Source of the DNA: Dipteris shenzhenensis
Lineage: Eukaryota
Length of the DNA stretch: 64,000 bases
Assembly (NCBI GenBank): GCA_047967505.1
Contig: CM106538.1
Strand: one strand, 5' to 3'
The position numbers and the translations under genes are program-made. This document shows, in pieces, positions 52,401-63,867 of the stretch (positions within the stretch are counted from its first letter, which is position 1; each line of letters starts with the position of its first letter). Under the pieces are notes generated by a model. The model saw only the letters and a program-made list of their open reading frames with translations. It had not been told where the DNA came from and did no database searches.

Positions 52401-55400
52401 ACTACTGTCTGTAACATCTTCCACGCCCGAAACTTGACCTGTCACCTCACTTGCAAAGCTTCAACATCATTTGAAGGAGGAATGGACAATCTTCATAGAA
52501 TTATCTTGGCAGCCATTGAGCAATAGTGAAATTATAATTCTCAAAAAAGGACTTCTCCCTCTCTGGTGCTTGCCCAGAAATCTAGGGCATAATAACACCT
52601 ACAACAAAAACAATGGGCAGCCCTAATGCCCATATGAAGGGGCTCACAGGCAGGCTCACAGCCCTAATGCCCATATGAAGGGACTAGCCTCTGCCCAAGG
52701 AAGATTTTTTATTTCTTCTAGCTTAGACCATGAAGGGCTTCCCATTGACCTTAATTGGAGCAGAAGAGAGTGGATGGGGTCTGTGGTGTGTGGGCAGGAA
52801 AGCGACCTGCTGCAAGCCCTGGTTATGGCACACAGATGGCTGGAGATGCCAGCAGCAAAGGCCGCCAGTAGACAGGCTGGTTGGGCTGTTCAGAGCCAGC
52901 ATACCAGACCTGGAACAGGTCAGAACCAAGAGGGCTGGGCCCCGCACTGTATGAAGGGCGTTTGCCCTGGTTTTATAACCCCACAGGCTGGTGGGGGGGA
53001 TGGATCTGGCCGGCCACATGGCCGAGCACACGGCCCCAAGCATGGGAGGGAGTGGAGGGGGCCAGCCAGTCAGCTGGCACACACAACAAGGGGAGCTGGG
53101 CCCCCACTTATAGGCAGCAGCACAAGTCGGCCAGCAGGGGGTCAGTCAATCCCTCTGCTGGGTCGGTTGGTTCAAGTACTGCCTTGCTCTATAAAAGGAG
53201 GGGCCATAGGCCCCATTTCATCATCCAGCACTCCAGCAAATCAATGAGCAGAAGGAGCAGCACCAGCCCCACCTTTGGGCCTATGTCCAAGAGGCAAAGC
53301 AAGGGCAAGAGTTGCTGTAGACTGAGCTCACAGAGGGCTGGTACCTTGGCTGTCTTCTAGGGCAGCAAGGAGCTGAGGTCTTTGGACGGAAAGTCTACAT
53401 ACACTCGAGGTGGAGCACGGGGGCTCAGTGATCTAGAGATATCCAAACGATGGTAGAAGTACCTTATGGTAAGATCAGAGGACCACACCCTGGTGGGACT
53501 CTAGATCTATCTCTTTTGTATTGTGTCCATAGCCTCGGACGGAAATATATTGTTTTGGTGGTTTCTATATCTGGCTGGATCATTGTCTATTTACTAGTCT
53601 TTACATCTATGTGAAGCACATTAAGTGAAGAAGTTTGTGCTTCCACTCACCACACACTGTGTGAGCTCCTGGGCTATTCTATCAGTCTTCCGCTATGCAT
53701 ACCCTCTGTCGGTTATTTCTAACAGTTTGTTGCAGCGTAGTGATGGGACGGGCAGCAGACTCGGCCTGCAGCCACCCCATCAACATCTGGCATGATATTA
53801 TCTACACCCTGTGAGGCCCTACGGAGCAAGGCCTAGAGGGGTCTCGGAGGAACGCCAAAAGGTAGGAGAGTCACTGCAAGGCATGGCCTGCAGGCATCTT
53901 TTACACTCTCACAGGTCAGGGCATCCACTGGTTGTGTACCCCTACACACCCAGGCAGGTTTGGCTGGCCCCTTGGCCCCATGAAAGGCAGCCCTAGGCCC
54001 CATAAAAGGTGGCCTAGGGAGGGGTGCAAGGTAGCCTATAAAGGCAGCCCTTCCCTTGCCATTTCCCTTCACTTGTTCCAGCCCTGAGGGGGCCCAAAAG
54101 GGCTCCTATCCTAGGCTGGACCTAATAAGACGGAAACACTACCCTACTGTTCTCCAGTGGGTACCAGTGAACAAGGACTGATCAGTGAACAAGGACTAAG
54201 ACAGGAAACACTACCCTACTGTTCTCAAGTGGGTACCAGTGAACAAGGACTGATCTGTCTAACTTGAGGTAAGGCTGAGAGACTAACTTATGTAGCTTGT
54301 GCCTGACTATCCCTGGACAAGGGCTCACAAAGGGGTCACGACATACGACAAAATCTCCTGTTAGGGAACTATTATGCACTTGTCGATGTAGCCCATTGTA
54401 CCCGGGTGCAAGGGTGCATGTGACATCCCTCTTACTACCTAGGCCTGCTTCCTTACCCTCTACCAAGCTCAACGCTTCCTCTCCTCAAGATGAACTGCCC
54501 AATTTGCACATAAACCAATCATGGGAATCTGCCCCAACTGCTCTACCTTGATTCTGCTATCCACTTGCCTAGCCATGCTGCTTCACCTTCTACCAAACCA
54601 AAGGTTCCCTCTCCTCAAGACAATCCCCATCTATAGCAGCTCATGAGAACCTACAATGAAGGCCGTAGCCAACCCCTTGCTGTATACTTGACCTTGTTTC
54701 CTAAGGGCTGGCTTGGAAGATCACAATTTTTATCACTACCACAGCCGCACACAGCTGACCATCCGAGAGTGTAACTGGAGCATTCACCTCCACGCAAAGA
54801 GGAAGGTTCATTCAACGCAGGTACGGGAGTGGTTTCGTTGCAGATATACTTGGGCAATCAAGTAAGAAGCCCTTGGGACTGCGGCCCATATCATGCATAC
54901 AACTCTCCGTCATCTTTCAATTTATTGCCTTATTCTATTTCCATTCAAAGTACATGCATTGTCAGCACTCAGCTTTTTTTATAGCCTTACTCTATTTCAA
55001 ATTAAGTACATGCATTGTCATCTCTCAGCTTTTTTTTTCCCCCTCATTTACTCACAATTTTGTTCAAAATAGCCTTTGTTCTTTTGCTTGTTTTACAAAA
55101 AGATTTAATTATGTATGTATGTACATGTATATGTATGTATATGTGTGTGTATGTGTGTGACAATCTCTGCAGCAATCTTTCTATGATTGTGTTCAGACTC
55201 GTTTGATTGATCAGGATATGTATACAGCTTATACTGAGATCTTTAGTTGAGTAGTAGTTACTTCATTTTCGAAGTAACTATGAATGTAATTATTTTACAG
55301 CAATAAAAGATTTCTTCTCACAAAAAAAAAGTGTGTGTGTGTGAGAGAGCAAGAGAGTGCATATCAGAGTGTGTGTAGTGTGTGTGTGAGTGGAGAGGGT

Positions 55401-58400
55401 GCGACCTCTGCTGTTCAGCCTCATCAAGGTTTCCGTACAGCCTTCCCCTTCTGTCCATACACCTGTATGGTCCCGTACAGGTTTCGTATGTCCGTACATT
55501 TCGTGTGTCCATACAGCCCCGTCTGCATCCCCGTTTCATACGTCCGTATAGGTTTCGTAAGTTCGTGCAGGTTTCGTATGTCCGTACAGCCCTGTCTGCA
55601 TCTCCGTACAGTCTTGTCTGCAGCTCCGTACACATTTGTTGTTTCTGTACTTCTCTGTGCAGTCCTGTGTCTGTACACTCTTTTTTCCCTTCTTGTCTTG
55701 TCGTAGTTCAATCATGGCTTCAAATTTGGATGTTTGTACATATGCTCGAAAAGAAAGACCCGCAGATGCTAAGCGCCGCCTATCAGAGCCTGCATTACAA
55801 GATGATGAACTTACTATGGAAGCTCAGTACGTGTTTGACACCCTTAAGGATGACTTTCAGCAGTCACGACAAGAATGGGGCAAACCGGTTCCAGAGGTCG
55901 CGTACAAATTGAAATTGCCGTCCCTCGTGAATCCTCTCAGGAAGTTGTCTCAAACTGCGGTTATAATTTTCTTCCAGGAAGAAGCCCAGTAGCCAGTGAT
56001 GTCGCGCAGTGGATTAAATCCATCCTTGGAGGATGCTTGAGGCTTCTTGAGTTCTCTCCCCTGTTTTACGGGAAGCAAATGGTACATGCTATGCCCTGGT
56101 CCCCAAACAAGGATTATCAAAGTCTTATACGACATCATTGTCCTGTATGGGTTGAAGTTGTTAACTTCCCGGACTATATGCGTGAAGAGTTGCCTGGCCT
56201 AGCTGCTTCTTTGGGACAGGTCATTTGTCCTCCACGCCCCATGGGAAACCGTAACACGTTCTGCATTCTCTGGGACACTGATACACCTACCCCTCCTTCT
56301 ATTGCAGTGGAAGTTGAGAGAGTGCAATTGGGAAAAAAGTATTTTGAATTGAAGTGGGGCGTGTTTGCACGAGCTTGTTTTGCCTGCCACAAGTTTGGGC
56401 ATCTAGCCTCTGAATGCCCAATGGTTCTGCATCAACCCCCTTCCAATGCCTTGCCGCCCCAGACACGGGAAATGAATGAGAATTTGCAAGCTAAGACAGC
56501 AAATGGAAATGGAGCAAAGAATGCCAAACCAATCAATCAGGTGCAATCACTTGCTGGAAAAGGAAAAGATAAAGGAAAAGAGAAGATGAAGGAATCTGTG
56601 GGGATTGATCAGGATGGTTTTCAACAACCTAAGAAGGGGGTTGTATTGAAGCAACGCCCCCTTCAATCTCGTCAATGGGATGCTTCTTCTCCCTCACCCG
56701 GACAGGCTTCTACTTCAGCTCCTATCCTTCAAAATTGGGTGGGGGTATTGAAGGAGGGCATCCCCATATGTGATTCAGAAGAAGGGGAAAATGCTATGTC
56801 TTTCATGGATCATGAAGTAATGCAGCCCATGTAGGCAGAGGCTATGCCTCTCTGATGTCTTGTTTTATTCTGATACTTTGCTGTATATACCTCTTTCATG
56901 CCTCAAACACTTAAATGCTTTACATACAATGTACAGAGCCTTTGCACTGTCTCCAAGTGGAGGCTTTTATGGAATTATGTACATAAAATGCAGCCAGATA
57001 TTGTTTGTTTGCAAGAGCATAATCAACACTCCATGGTTGGTCATCATGATTATTTTGGCGGTTATGATATATATTATGCTGGTACCACTACCTACTCAGG
57101 TGTATGCATACTGGTTAGACATGAGCTAGAACCTCACTTAGCCTTCAATGACAGCAGTGGCAGATGGATGGTCATACAATGTAATGTCAATGGTGATATC
57201 CTTGAGTTTGCATCAGTCTATGCTTCCTAAACCTCTGCCATGAGGGCTTCATTATGGGATTCTTTATGCAGATATCCATGGAGATCCAATGCATTCATCT
57301 GTGGAGATTTTAATAATTCCCCTCTACCAAGAGATAACACCACTTCAAGATCTCATATGCTATCATTGGAAAGGCAGAAATGGGATATCATGCTTCTTTC
57401 TGTGCAGGCTGAAGATTTATGGCTGCTTCTCCAAGGGTCAGTACCTGGATATACTTTTCATCATAATACACTTACTACATACTGGGCAAGGCTTGACAGA
57501 TGGCATTTGTTTTACCCACAACAATTTGCAGATTTTAGCCCTCATCTCCTTATAGATTTCTCATTGGGCTTGTCAGATCATGCCCCGTTGTGGATGAATT
57601 TGCAGCTTGGCATGCCTCTGGATGATTTGCCACTCCTTTCCAGTAGATTATTGAAGTTAATCACGCTTATTTCCGACATCACTATTTCCAGCAAATGATC
57701 AGACTTGCAATTCATCCCTTGCCTTTGCATGCCCAGGAGGACATGAATTATGCTTGGGACAGTTTTGTCTCTCGTATGCAGAATGTCATTAGGGAGTATG
57801 GCAACTGGCATATGACTGAATGGAGGAATGAGGTTAAATGGGCAAAAAGGACAGCACAACAATTGACTGAATTTTCTCAGTTAAGGCCTCTCTCTGATTC
57901 AGAAAACGATTCCCTTTCACATGCTCAGATTAAATTGACAGTTAATGATCAGAGGAAATTGCACAAATGGCAGATTAGGGCAAGAATGAAGCCCCTCATG
58001 GATAAGGGCTGCTCATCAAAAGCTTTTTCCAGGGCTTGCATGCTACTCGAAAGAAAAACTCATGTCTAAGGGTAAGGAAGCTCAATGGCTCTTAGACGCA
58101 CTCTTTCTCTGATCTCCAAGATGAATGCCAAAATTATTTCCAGAAATTGTTCTCCGCTCCTGGTTCCCCATCAAATCAAATGACTGATGCTAGGACTGAA
58201 TTTCTCCAATATGTTTCTGGAATAGTGGAAATGGATGATGCTCTTATCTTGGAGAGACCTTTTACTGACACAGAACTTGATAATGCATTGTTCGACCTCA
58301 GCAAATACAAGTCCCTTGGCTGGGATGGCCTTACGGTGGAATTTTATATTTCCTTTTGGGATGATTTGAAAGAAGTCCTCTTGCAAATGATCAATGTTGC

Positions 58401-60808
58401 CTGGCAAGAAAATCAGTCGCCGCACTCTTGGAAGCATAGCATAGTCAAACTTGTGCCCAAAAAACATCTGTGTGACCATATGTCAGATTGGAGGCCTATT
58501 ACTTTGATGCCTGTAGTTTACAAACTCATTGCCAAAATGATTGTGCATAGGCTTCACAGGATACTGGATGCGGGACTTCATCCTCATCAGTATGGGTTTG
58601 TGCCGCGAAGACAAATCCATGACAATATATCCAATGCCTTGACTGCAATTGAATATGCTAAGTATTCGCATCAAGATGTGCTCATATTGCAGGTGGATAT
58701 TGCTAAGGCATTTGACACTGTGTTCAATGGGATTTTATCTCTCAAATCATGACAAAGTTGGGCTTTGGTCCCAAGATAGCAAATGCAGTTTACAGGCTTT
58801 ATTCTGGCTCTACTTCTCAGTGCATTCTTGGGGGTCATCTGTCTCGGTCATGGACATTGGGTCAATCAGTTAGACAGGGCTGCCCTCTTAGTGCTCTCTT
58901 CTATGCCATTGCGACCCATCCCCTTTTAATGTATCTTGATCATCTTACAAACACAGGACAGATGACTGGTCTTAAAATCTCTGGGGCAGCATCCTTTTTA
59001 GCACAAGCATATGCTGATGATTCCTTCTTTATGCCATAGAATTCTTCCCGGGAAGTTCACATGCTTATGACCACTCTTTCATTGTATGGTTTGGCAGCGG
59101 GATTGCATGTCAATTTTGACAAATCTAAATTACTTCCCCTGAAACAATGTGACTGGCATTCTATTCTTTGGCCAGGTCAGGTGGTGCATTCCAAAGATGT
59201 AATCAGGCATTTGGGATATCCCATAGGATGGCATATCACCAGGAAGCAGCAGCTAAAATGGATCTTTCAAAGACTTCAACATAAACTGGAATACTGGAAG
59301 ATTTCTACTTGGCCTCTTCATGTCAGGCTCAGATAGTACAGTCCATTGTAATGTCCTATGTCCAGTTCTATTTGCCTTTGCTGCATTGGTCCTCCAGGGA
59401 TATTTCAGTTTCTTTGTCTCAAGCTATGGAGATGTTATGGAGGACAAAAACTACTGTGAAAGCATTGAGACTGATGAAGATGGAAATGGTGTGCTCTCCT
59501 AGGATGCATGGTGGACTTAATGTCCTCAATATAAGATATCATATACTTGCAAGGAAGGCGACTATGCTGCATACTTTTTTCCGCCAACAACAGCCATGGA
59601 CTTGTATGCTAGCATCCATGTGTGTCAACATGAGGACTTGTGCTTATGGTCATTGGACTACTAATCATTGGGAGGTTGTCATTGGGAGATTTGTAGGGAA
59701 GATACCTGGCTGTCCTTTCTCTACTGCTCTGATACTTGACTGGAAACAAGTACTTGCTAAGGTCAAATGGGCTCCTCATAATTGCTCGGGGACAAACTCA
59801 ATGAGGAAAGAAAGTATTCATTGGAGTGTCATCTTTCACATTCCACTCGCTTTACAGGAACCTGTTCGGGCATACAATCTCATGAAATTGGGAATTAGAT
59901 ACATACATGATGTGGTAGATGATCAAGGCTATGTCTTATCTTTTCCTCAGGCCACTACTTCCTATGCATTGGGAATGCATCATAGGTCTATATGGAAGAA
60001 AATTGCTGATCTGTTACATCCTTTTCTACATGTTCCTCCTGTGGCTGACACAAATAGGCTTACGGATTGGCAATTGCAACCCTCTGCTACATGCACTCAT
60101 CCTGTTTCTCTTCCTGCCTTAACCTCCATCAAAGCCTACACGCTTCTTCAGCCTGCTCCATGGATTTAGCAATATGCTAATTCTCTGTGGCATATAAGGA
60201 AGCCCCTCTCATGGTGGCGGAAGAATCTCGGGATGTTATGGAAGTGTAAAATGCCATTGAAACAAAGACTTTTTCTTTGGAGATGTATGACAGGCACATT
60301 GTCAGTGAGGGTCACACTTGCTAAACGTCGCATTGCACCATCCACATGTTTTAAGATGTCAGGCTCCTTCAGAGATTGTTCTTCATTTGCTTTGGCACTC
60401 CCCGTGTTCTAGGATCCTCCTCAGGAGAATTTCAGATCATCTTCGGCTCCGTTTCCCGAGTCACTGATTTGGGAAACATTTCTGGCTCTTTGGCAGATTT
60501 ATGAGGTCTTTGTCTCAATACTCACTATTTCTCTCTTGGGTGAGATATTGGGCTCTTTCGACAACAATCTGGAGTGAGCATAATTTGGCATACTTGGGTC
60601 GGCAGATTCACAAGTCATATGAATCTTTCCAAGCCTCATTGCAGCAATCCTTATATGATGCCTGCCATGAGGGTGATATGGATGCTTCTTGCATAGAGCT
60701 TTTTTTTTTATGTTTCTGATCTTTGGGATACTCTCCATTTCGGAGACCTCCCATCATGTAAATTTATGAGCATATAAATATACTGCACTGGATATTACTA
60801 TTAAAAAA

Positions 60809-60845
<37 letters not shown>

Positions 60846-63800
60846 ATAGATAGATAGATAGATAGATATATATTAACGTCTCTAAAAGGCCAAACGGCCT
60901 ATGAGACTAAAACAGTTGATACATCTGCTAGTGTTGTCTCATCAACGAGAACAACAAAATAAATAAGCTGAAGGCTGAGAGCTACTAAAGGTACTTACAG
61001 TCAGAGGGACTGCAAGTGACCCAAAACTAATGAAATACCAAGCAAGTATTTACTAAAAGTGCCGATTGATCAGCATAGGCAGAAAGCTAATCAATAAAAA
61101 GGTTGCACTCTTCTTATGTCAAAAATCCCAATCATGGGCAGCTCTGGGATCTCATAGCTCGGTGCCACACGTTTCCAGTGTTTGGCAATGATGGCATGGA
61201 TCCAATGAAGATATGGGTGCCGGGCACGGGATCTTGGGGGCCTAGGCCTCTGTGACCTGGATATGGCGATGGCTCGGTCCAAAATCACACCACTAGAGTG
61301 TGGCAATCTGCCTGTGTGTGATAAGGTGGTGGTGGCACCAGGGGTTTTTGATGGCAGGGAGGGCATAAAACTAGTTGAGGTGCTGGCAGTGAAGAAGTCT
61401 CTAAGTGTACTTTGCCTGGGTGGGGCTGGTCTCAGCTGTCTGTCTCCCAACAAAGTCTCTCTATGTCGCTTGAGCTCTGATAAAAACAAACCCAAGCATC
61501 TTCGTACTCCATCACCCTACGGAGTGGGCCAAATCCCTTTCTGAATAGTCAGTGGTATCTTCCTCGGATTTCATAATATAGCGTGCATCTACATATGTAA
61601 TGCTCCTCTGTCTCCTCCTCCTGCTGGCATAACTGACATATCCGATCCTGAGGGGCTGTGTGGGTGCATCTCCCTGTCTCTATTCTCAACTGATGCAATG
61701 AGGTTCGAATTTGGCCAATAATACTACGTAGCCCGTGAGATAGGTGTGTGTCCATGTATGCTGGCCTGGCTATAAGTTCATCTGGAGATAAATGAAAAAA
61801 ATGGCTCTGGTAGTGTGCCATCTTCTTCCCTAAGGGCTCATGTGGTCTAGTCGTTCTCTCAGTCTCCAACTTGACAATATCAGCTCTACTGATCTTGTTT
61901 CGGTCATGGCGAGACAAGTCTAACTTGGAACAATCCAAACTGTATTGAAAGGGTGGGAGTGCATCCATTGTCAACTCATGCTCTACAAACCATCTCAGTA
62001 GCTGAGCATACCAGCACCATGTTCGACCCTCCTCTGCTAGCTGCCTGGATGATATCATAGCCAACCGTGCATATCTGGAGCCAGGTAGATCCCACAATCT
62101 ATGTATGCAAGTTACTGCCTGGAACAGAGCCTCAGTCACTAGTGGAGCAGCTGCTAATTCAGCTCGTATACATCTATGTATACATCTTGAGAGAGAGAGA
62201 GAGAGAGAGAGATACGTGTATACATTTATGTATAACTCTTCTTATTAGCTCGCCCCTAGCTAGCCCTTCAGCTTGTTTATCTCAATGATAACAAGAATGA
62301 ACTCTTTTCGATGGTCTGTTGGTAAGATAATGTGCCAAGCCTCTTTTAACAAGGCCTCGACATTGTGTACACAAAACTCTAACACGATGCAAAAGCAACG
62401 TACTGTAATTTTACCATTGGGTGTGTGCAACATCAATTTCACCATGTCCCCTTCGAGACCTGGATGAAGACTGTAGCTGCATTCTCGCTAAGGCTGAACA
62501 TGTGCTTTTTGGCATCGGAAGAGAACTATGAAACTCGCTAAAGCCGACGAGCGTTCGACACCTGTTGAATTAGATCTATAGCCCGAATTTATTTTCCTAA
62601 AGCTGACGAAAAAGATCTAACTGGGACAACATGCAAACTCACTTGAAGCCTGCACACTTGGCAGCCTTGGGGCTAGACACTCCTATACTTGAATTTTGAA
62701 ATCCGTAGAGAAGAACTGCACATTATTTTTCTCCCGAGATAAGTCTGCAAAGTTTAGAAAGTAGACCTTTGAAACTAGAATTCCGGATTTACAAAGGTGC
62801 ATTTACCCATCCGTTGAGGCCATAGTGCAGTCGATTCCACCATTAATCCCCGTCTTGTTTTGCCACAAGAGCCAAGAAGGTGGGATGTAACGATGCGGCG
62901 ATGGAAGAGAACTCAAGAAGGGACTGAATGGCTCTGTACTTTTCTTTTTGAGCTTTGTTTGTGTGAATGACTCGTTGTAAGGAGAAACGTTTCGCTTGTT
63001 CGAAAAGTTTGCAATTAACCTCTCATTTACAACGTACCTCTCGGGATAAGTATATAAGCATCCAAATATGTTTGAGAAGGTACTTGCCGTTAACTTGAAC
63101 GGTTCTGATTGCGGGTTCTCAAAATTGTTAGTGTTAACAACACGACCATAAGTGAATGCCCTGTCATCACCATCTTCCTGAAAGGCGTCCCGCAGGGCTT
63201 CCCCGTGTGCTCTCAAGAACTGTTCGGTCACAACGAGGTCAGAGTCAATGAATACAATGATCGACCCCTGCGAATGTGCAAAACCCAAGTTCCTTGCAGT
63301 TGCGGCGCCAAGGTGCTGCTGTTGGAGAACTTTCACGTGCCGGAATCGAGGACTGTGCTTTGGAAAACAAACAGGGAGACGGCCCTCTACGTCCACTGGC
63401 GACCTTGTCGTTCCGGATTCGCCGCTTTGAATGAACTCAACCGTCCCGTCAGTGGAGCCGTCGTCAACGACAATAACTTCATAATCCTCAATTCCTACGT
63501 GCCGATAACATTGTTGGCTCTCCAGCGCAGCGAGGCACTTCTGCAGAATCGGAAGGCGATTGTAAGTGGGAATGATAACGCTCCAGAATCCGTCTCGTCC
63601 GGAGCTTGAAAGTTCAAACAGGGGTTCAGTAATCTGTTCATGAGGGGAACCTAGCAAGCGTGCGTCTGAGAAATTGAGGGAAACGAGTGATTGTGCAGTG
63701 AAGCTGCTCCAAAAGGAAGAGGAAAACCGTAGGCAACATCTCTTCAGTCCTGAACTACTACGAACCGCTTTACCCTCGCTTGATTCACAGAGAAGGAAGA

Positions 63801-63867
63801 TCTTGGGAGACCCATAATTGGTGTGATGAAACTGAGCAGGGTAAGAGATGGATGAGAAAGCAGCCAT
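33785..63867 (-). CDS. Family-2 glycosyltransferase (GT-A fold), cyanobacterial type, probably plastid-targeted; join of 63867-63088, 51994-51847, 34278-34172, 34060-33785; 436 aa
   Basis: Four exons splice in frame with no stops (780+148+107+276 nt). Motifs: SVIIPTYNR, VVDDGSTD, ARNLG, FIDSD, FATGN, YGWEDLELG, VGYHWHP, FYLKHPT. Confidence 0.93.
34172..34278 (-). CDS. GT2 exon 3 (VRLRQQGARIKHAPAAVGYHWHPAFTYDQVSMLITK)
   Basis: CAG acceptor and GTAAAG donor; phase matches exon 2. Confidence 0.92.
37675..38319 (+). CDS. Extra ORF upstream of gag (214 aa, Pro/Ser-rich C-terminal half), unknown function
   Basis: ATG-initiated, uninterrupted, ends 37 bp before the gag ATG. Confidence 0.35.
   Translation: METPGNSPILSRTPQASSTTQYRVQIAQPAHFGAFASWVFCVTCPSSDLDHILYLLREAPQLHYFLSTVQVVFHEIRRYPEPDIPHEFAVHLWRDFYPSSSTSPGYSPPPSAPRYPPIHVVPLPRQYLHSEGIPSLGYPPLPIAAPYPFSDPWTLQPTPVLSRAVGPISASPVLPQTGPPLPDFHGSFHPASPTPSNMSNLREQPESSSRNGTN
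38357..40888 (+). pseudogene. Gag fused in frame to partial RNase H, integrase and chromodomain; one internal TGA at 38927-38929
   Basis: AASLLKDTAFLWW...FISGLNPSLR (Gag), then directly VIAFDS...YDKEFLAVV (RNase H 3' part), H-H-C-C and ISMDFIT (integrase), ILDH...FLVLW...DATW (chromodomain). Confidence 0.93.
41541..42753 (+). mobile_element. Solo LTR, family X
   Basis: TGTTGGAAAGGTCACC...TTTTAACA with perfect TSD CATAG (41536-41540 and 42754-42758). Confidence 0.92.
43402..43934 (-). mobile_element. 3' end of an RTE/RTE-X-like LINE inserted in the (GA)n tract of the family Y LTR
   Basis: Terminus (tattattgtccactaaaggccaaaatgggcccatg) resembles 44010 and 60870; (GAAA)n tail; GA repeats on both sides. 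Confidence 0.6.
43990..44673 (-). mobile_element. Second RTE/RTE-X-like LINE 3' end
   Basis: Same terminal motif and (GAAA)n tail; MEMRRHRKTLL resembles SELKRHRETLL in the 60845-62172 copy. Confidence 0.6.
44674..47663 (+). mobile_element. Family X gag-only copia-type element nested in the family Y LTR
   Basis: 5' LTR remnant 44674-44869; Met PBS 44870-44881; gag from 45097 (NYPIWKVKI, AWVTLKYLYE, CFYCDTPGHFAKDC); no recognisable PR/IN/RT/RH; PPT ~46878-46888; 3' LTR 46889-47663. Confidence 0.88.
49474..50404. repeat. Three tandem copies of the family Y LTR-end/flank junction
   Basis: Units start at about 49474, 49797 and 50081; each contains ...CCATTTCCTAACA followed by TAGTGGGTTGGAGG. Confidence 0.93.
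50735..51103. mobile_element. MITE-like non-autonomous DNA transposon, probably hAT
   Basis: TIRs CATAGTCACA(T/A)GAAA; many subterminal CGAAAC motifs; imperfect flanking repeat tctgaaaattt vs tctgaaatt. Confidence 0.7.
51847..51994 (-). CDS. GT2 exon 2 (DYSAAFFATGNVAIS...YGWEDLELG)
   Basis: CAG acceptor 51997-51995 and GTATGT donor at 51846; too short for the ORF track. Confidence 0.93.
52410..53724 (+). mobile_element. Family X-related LTR, probably solo; 5' boundary uncertain
   Basis: 53160-53724 aligns with the TATA region and 3' end (...TTTCTAACA) of the other family X LTRs; no convincing TSD. Confidence 0.7.
53728..54900 (+). mobile_element. One or two further LTR-like fragments
   Basis: TG starts at 53728 and 54359; CTATAAAGG at ~54037; GGGGTCACGACA end at 54343; no TSD or coding evidence. 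Confidence 0.35.
55161..55330 (+). mobile_element. Very short L1 3' tail in a (GT)n tract
   Basis: GCAGCAATCTTTCTATGAT matches 60641 in the adjacent L1; AATAAA and A9 tail; GT repeats on both sides. Confidence 0.6.
55390..60809 (+). mobile_element. Near full-length L1-like LINE with disrupted ORFs, antisense in GT2 intron 1
   Basis: ORF1 55714-56834 (frameshifted, CFACHKFGHLASEC). ORF2 from 56898: YNVQSL, CLQEH, GDFN, RLDRW, SDHAPL, WRPITL, QYGFVPRR, DIAKAFD, VRQGCPLS, YADDS, zf-RVT. A-tail 60803-60809; GT repeats on both flanks. Confidence 0.95.
60811..60868. repeat. (TG)n followed by (GATA)n microsatellite
   Basis: Direct sequence; the (GATA)n part is probably the tail of the minus-strand LINE. 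Confidence 0.95.
60845..62172 (-). mobile_element. 5'-truncated RTE/RTE-X-like LINE
   Basis: IRAELAAAPL...HQLRIETGR...RICQLC...ETEEHYICRC..Y..IR C-terminal zinc motif; (TATC)n tail; (GA)n at the 5' flank. The clade call is tentative because RT is absent. Confidence 0.75.
63088..63867 (-). CDS. GT2 exon 1 (transit-peptide-like region plus GT2 N-terminal domain)
   Basis: ATG at 63867 (MAAFSS..., Ser-rich); ends ...EPFKLT before a GCAAGT donor. Confidence 0.92.

Noticed and set aside
52675-53360. ORFs in GC-rich LTRs (also 32427-33192 and 41552-42384) as genes
   Set aside because: They lie within family X LTRs, are not conserved in frame between copies and lack motifs.
55290-55912. Several overlapping ORFs on both strands
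   Set aside because: Products of microsatellite and CCGTACA-type repeats in the L1 5' UTR.
62803-63087. C-terminal part of the 371-aa ORF as the true end of the GT2 protein
   Set aside because: Similarity stops at PFKLT and resumes in exon 2; this part is intron read-through.
63109-63609. 166-aa plus-strand ORF
   Set aside because: Antisense shadow of GT2 exon 1 with no motifs.
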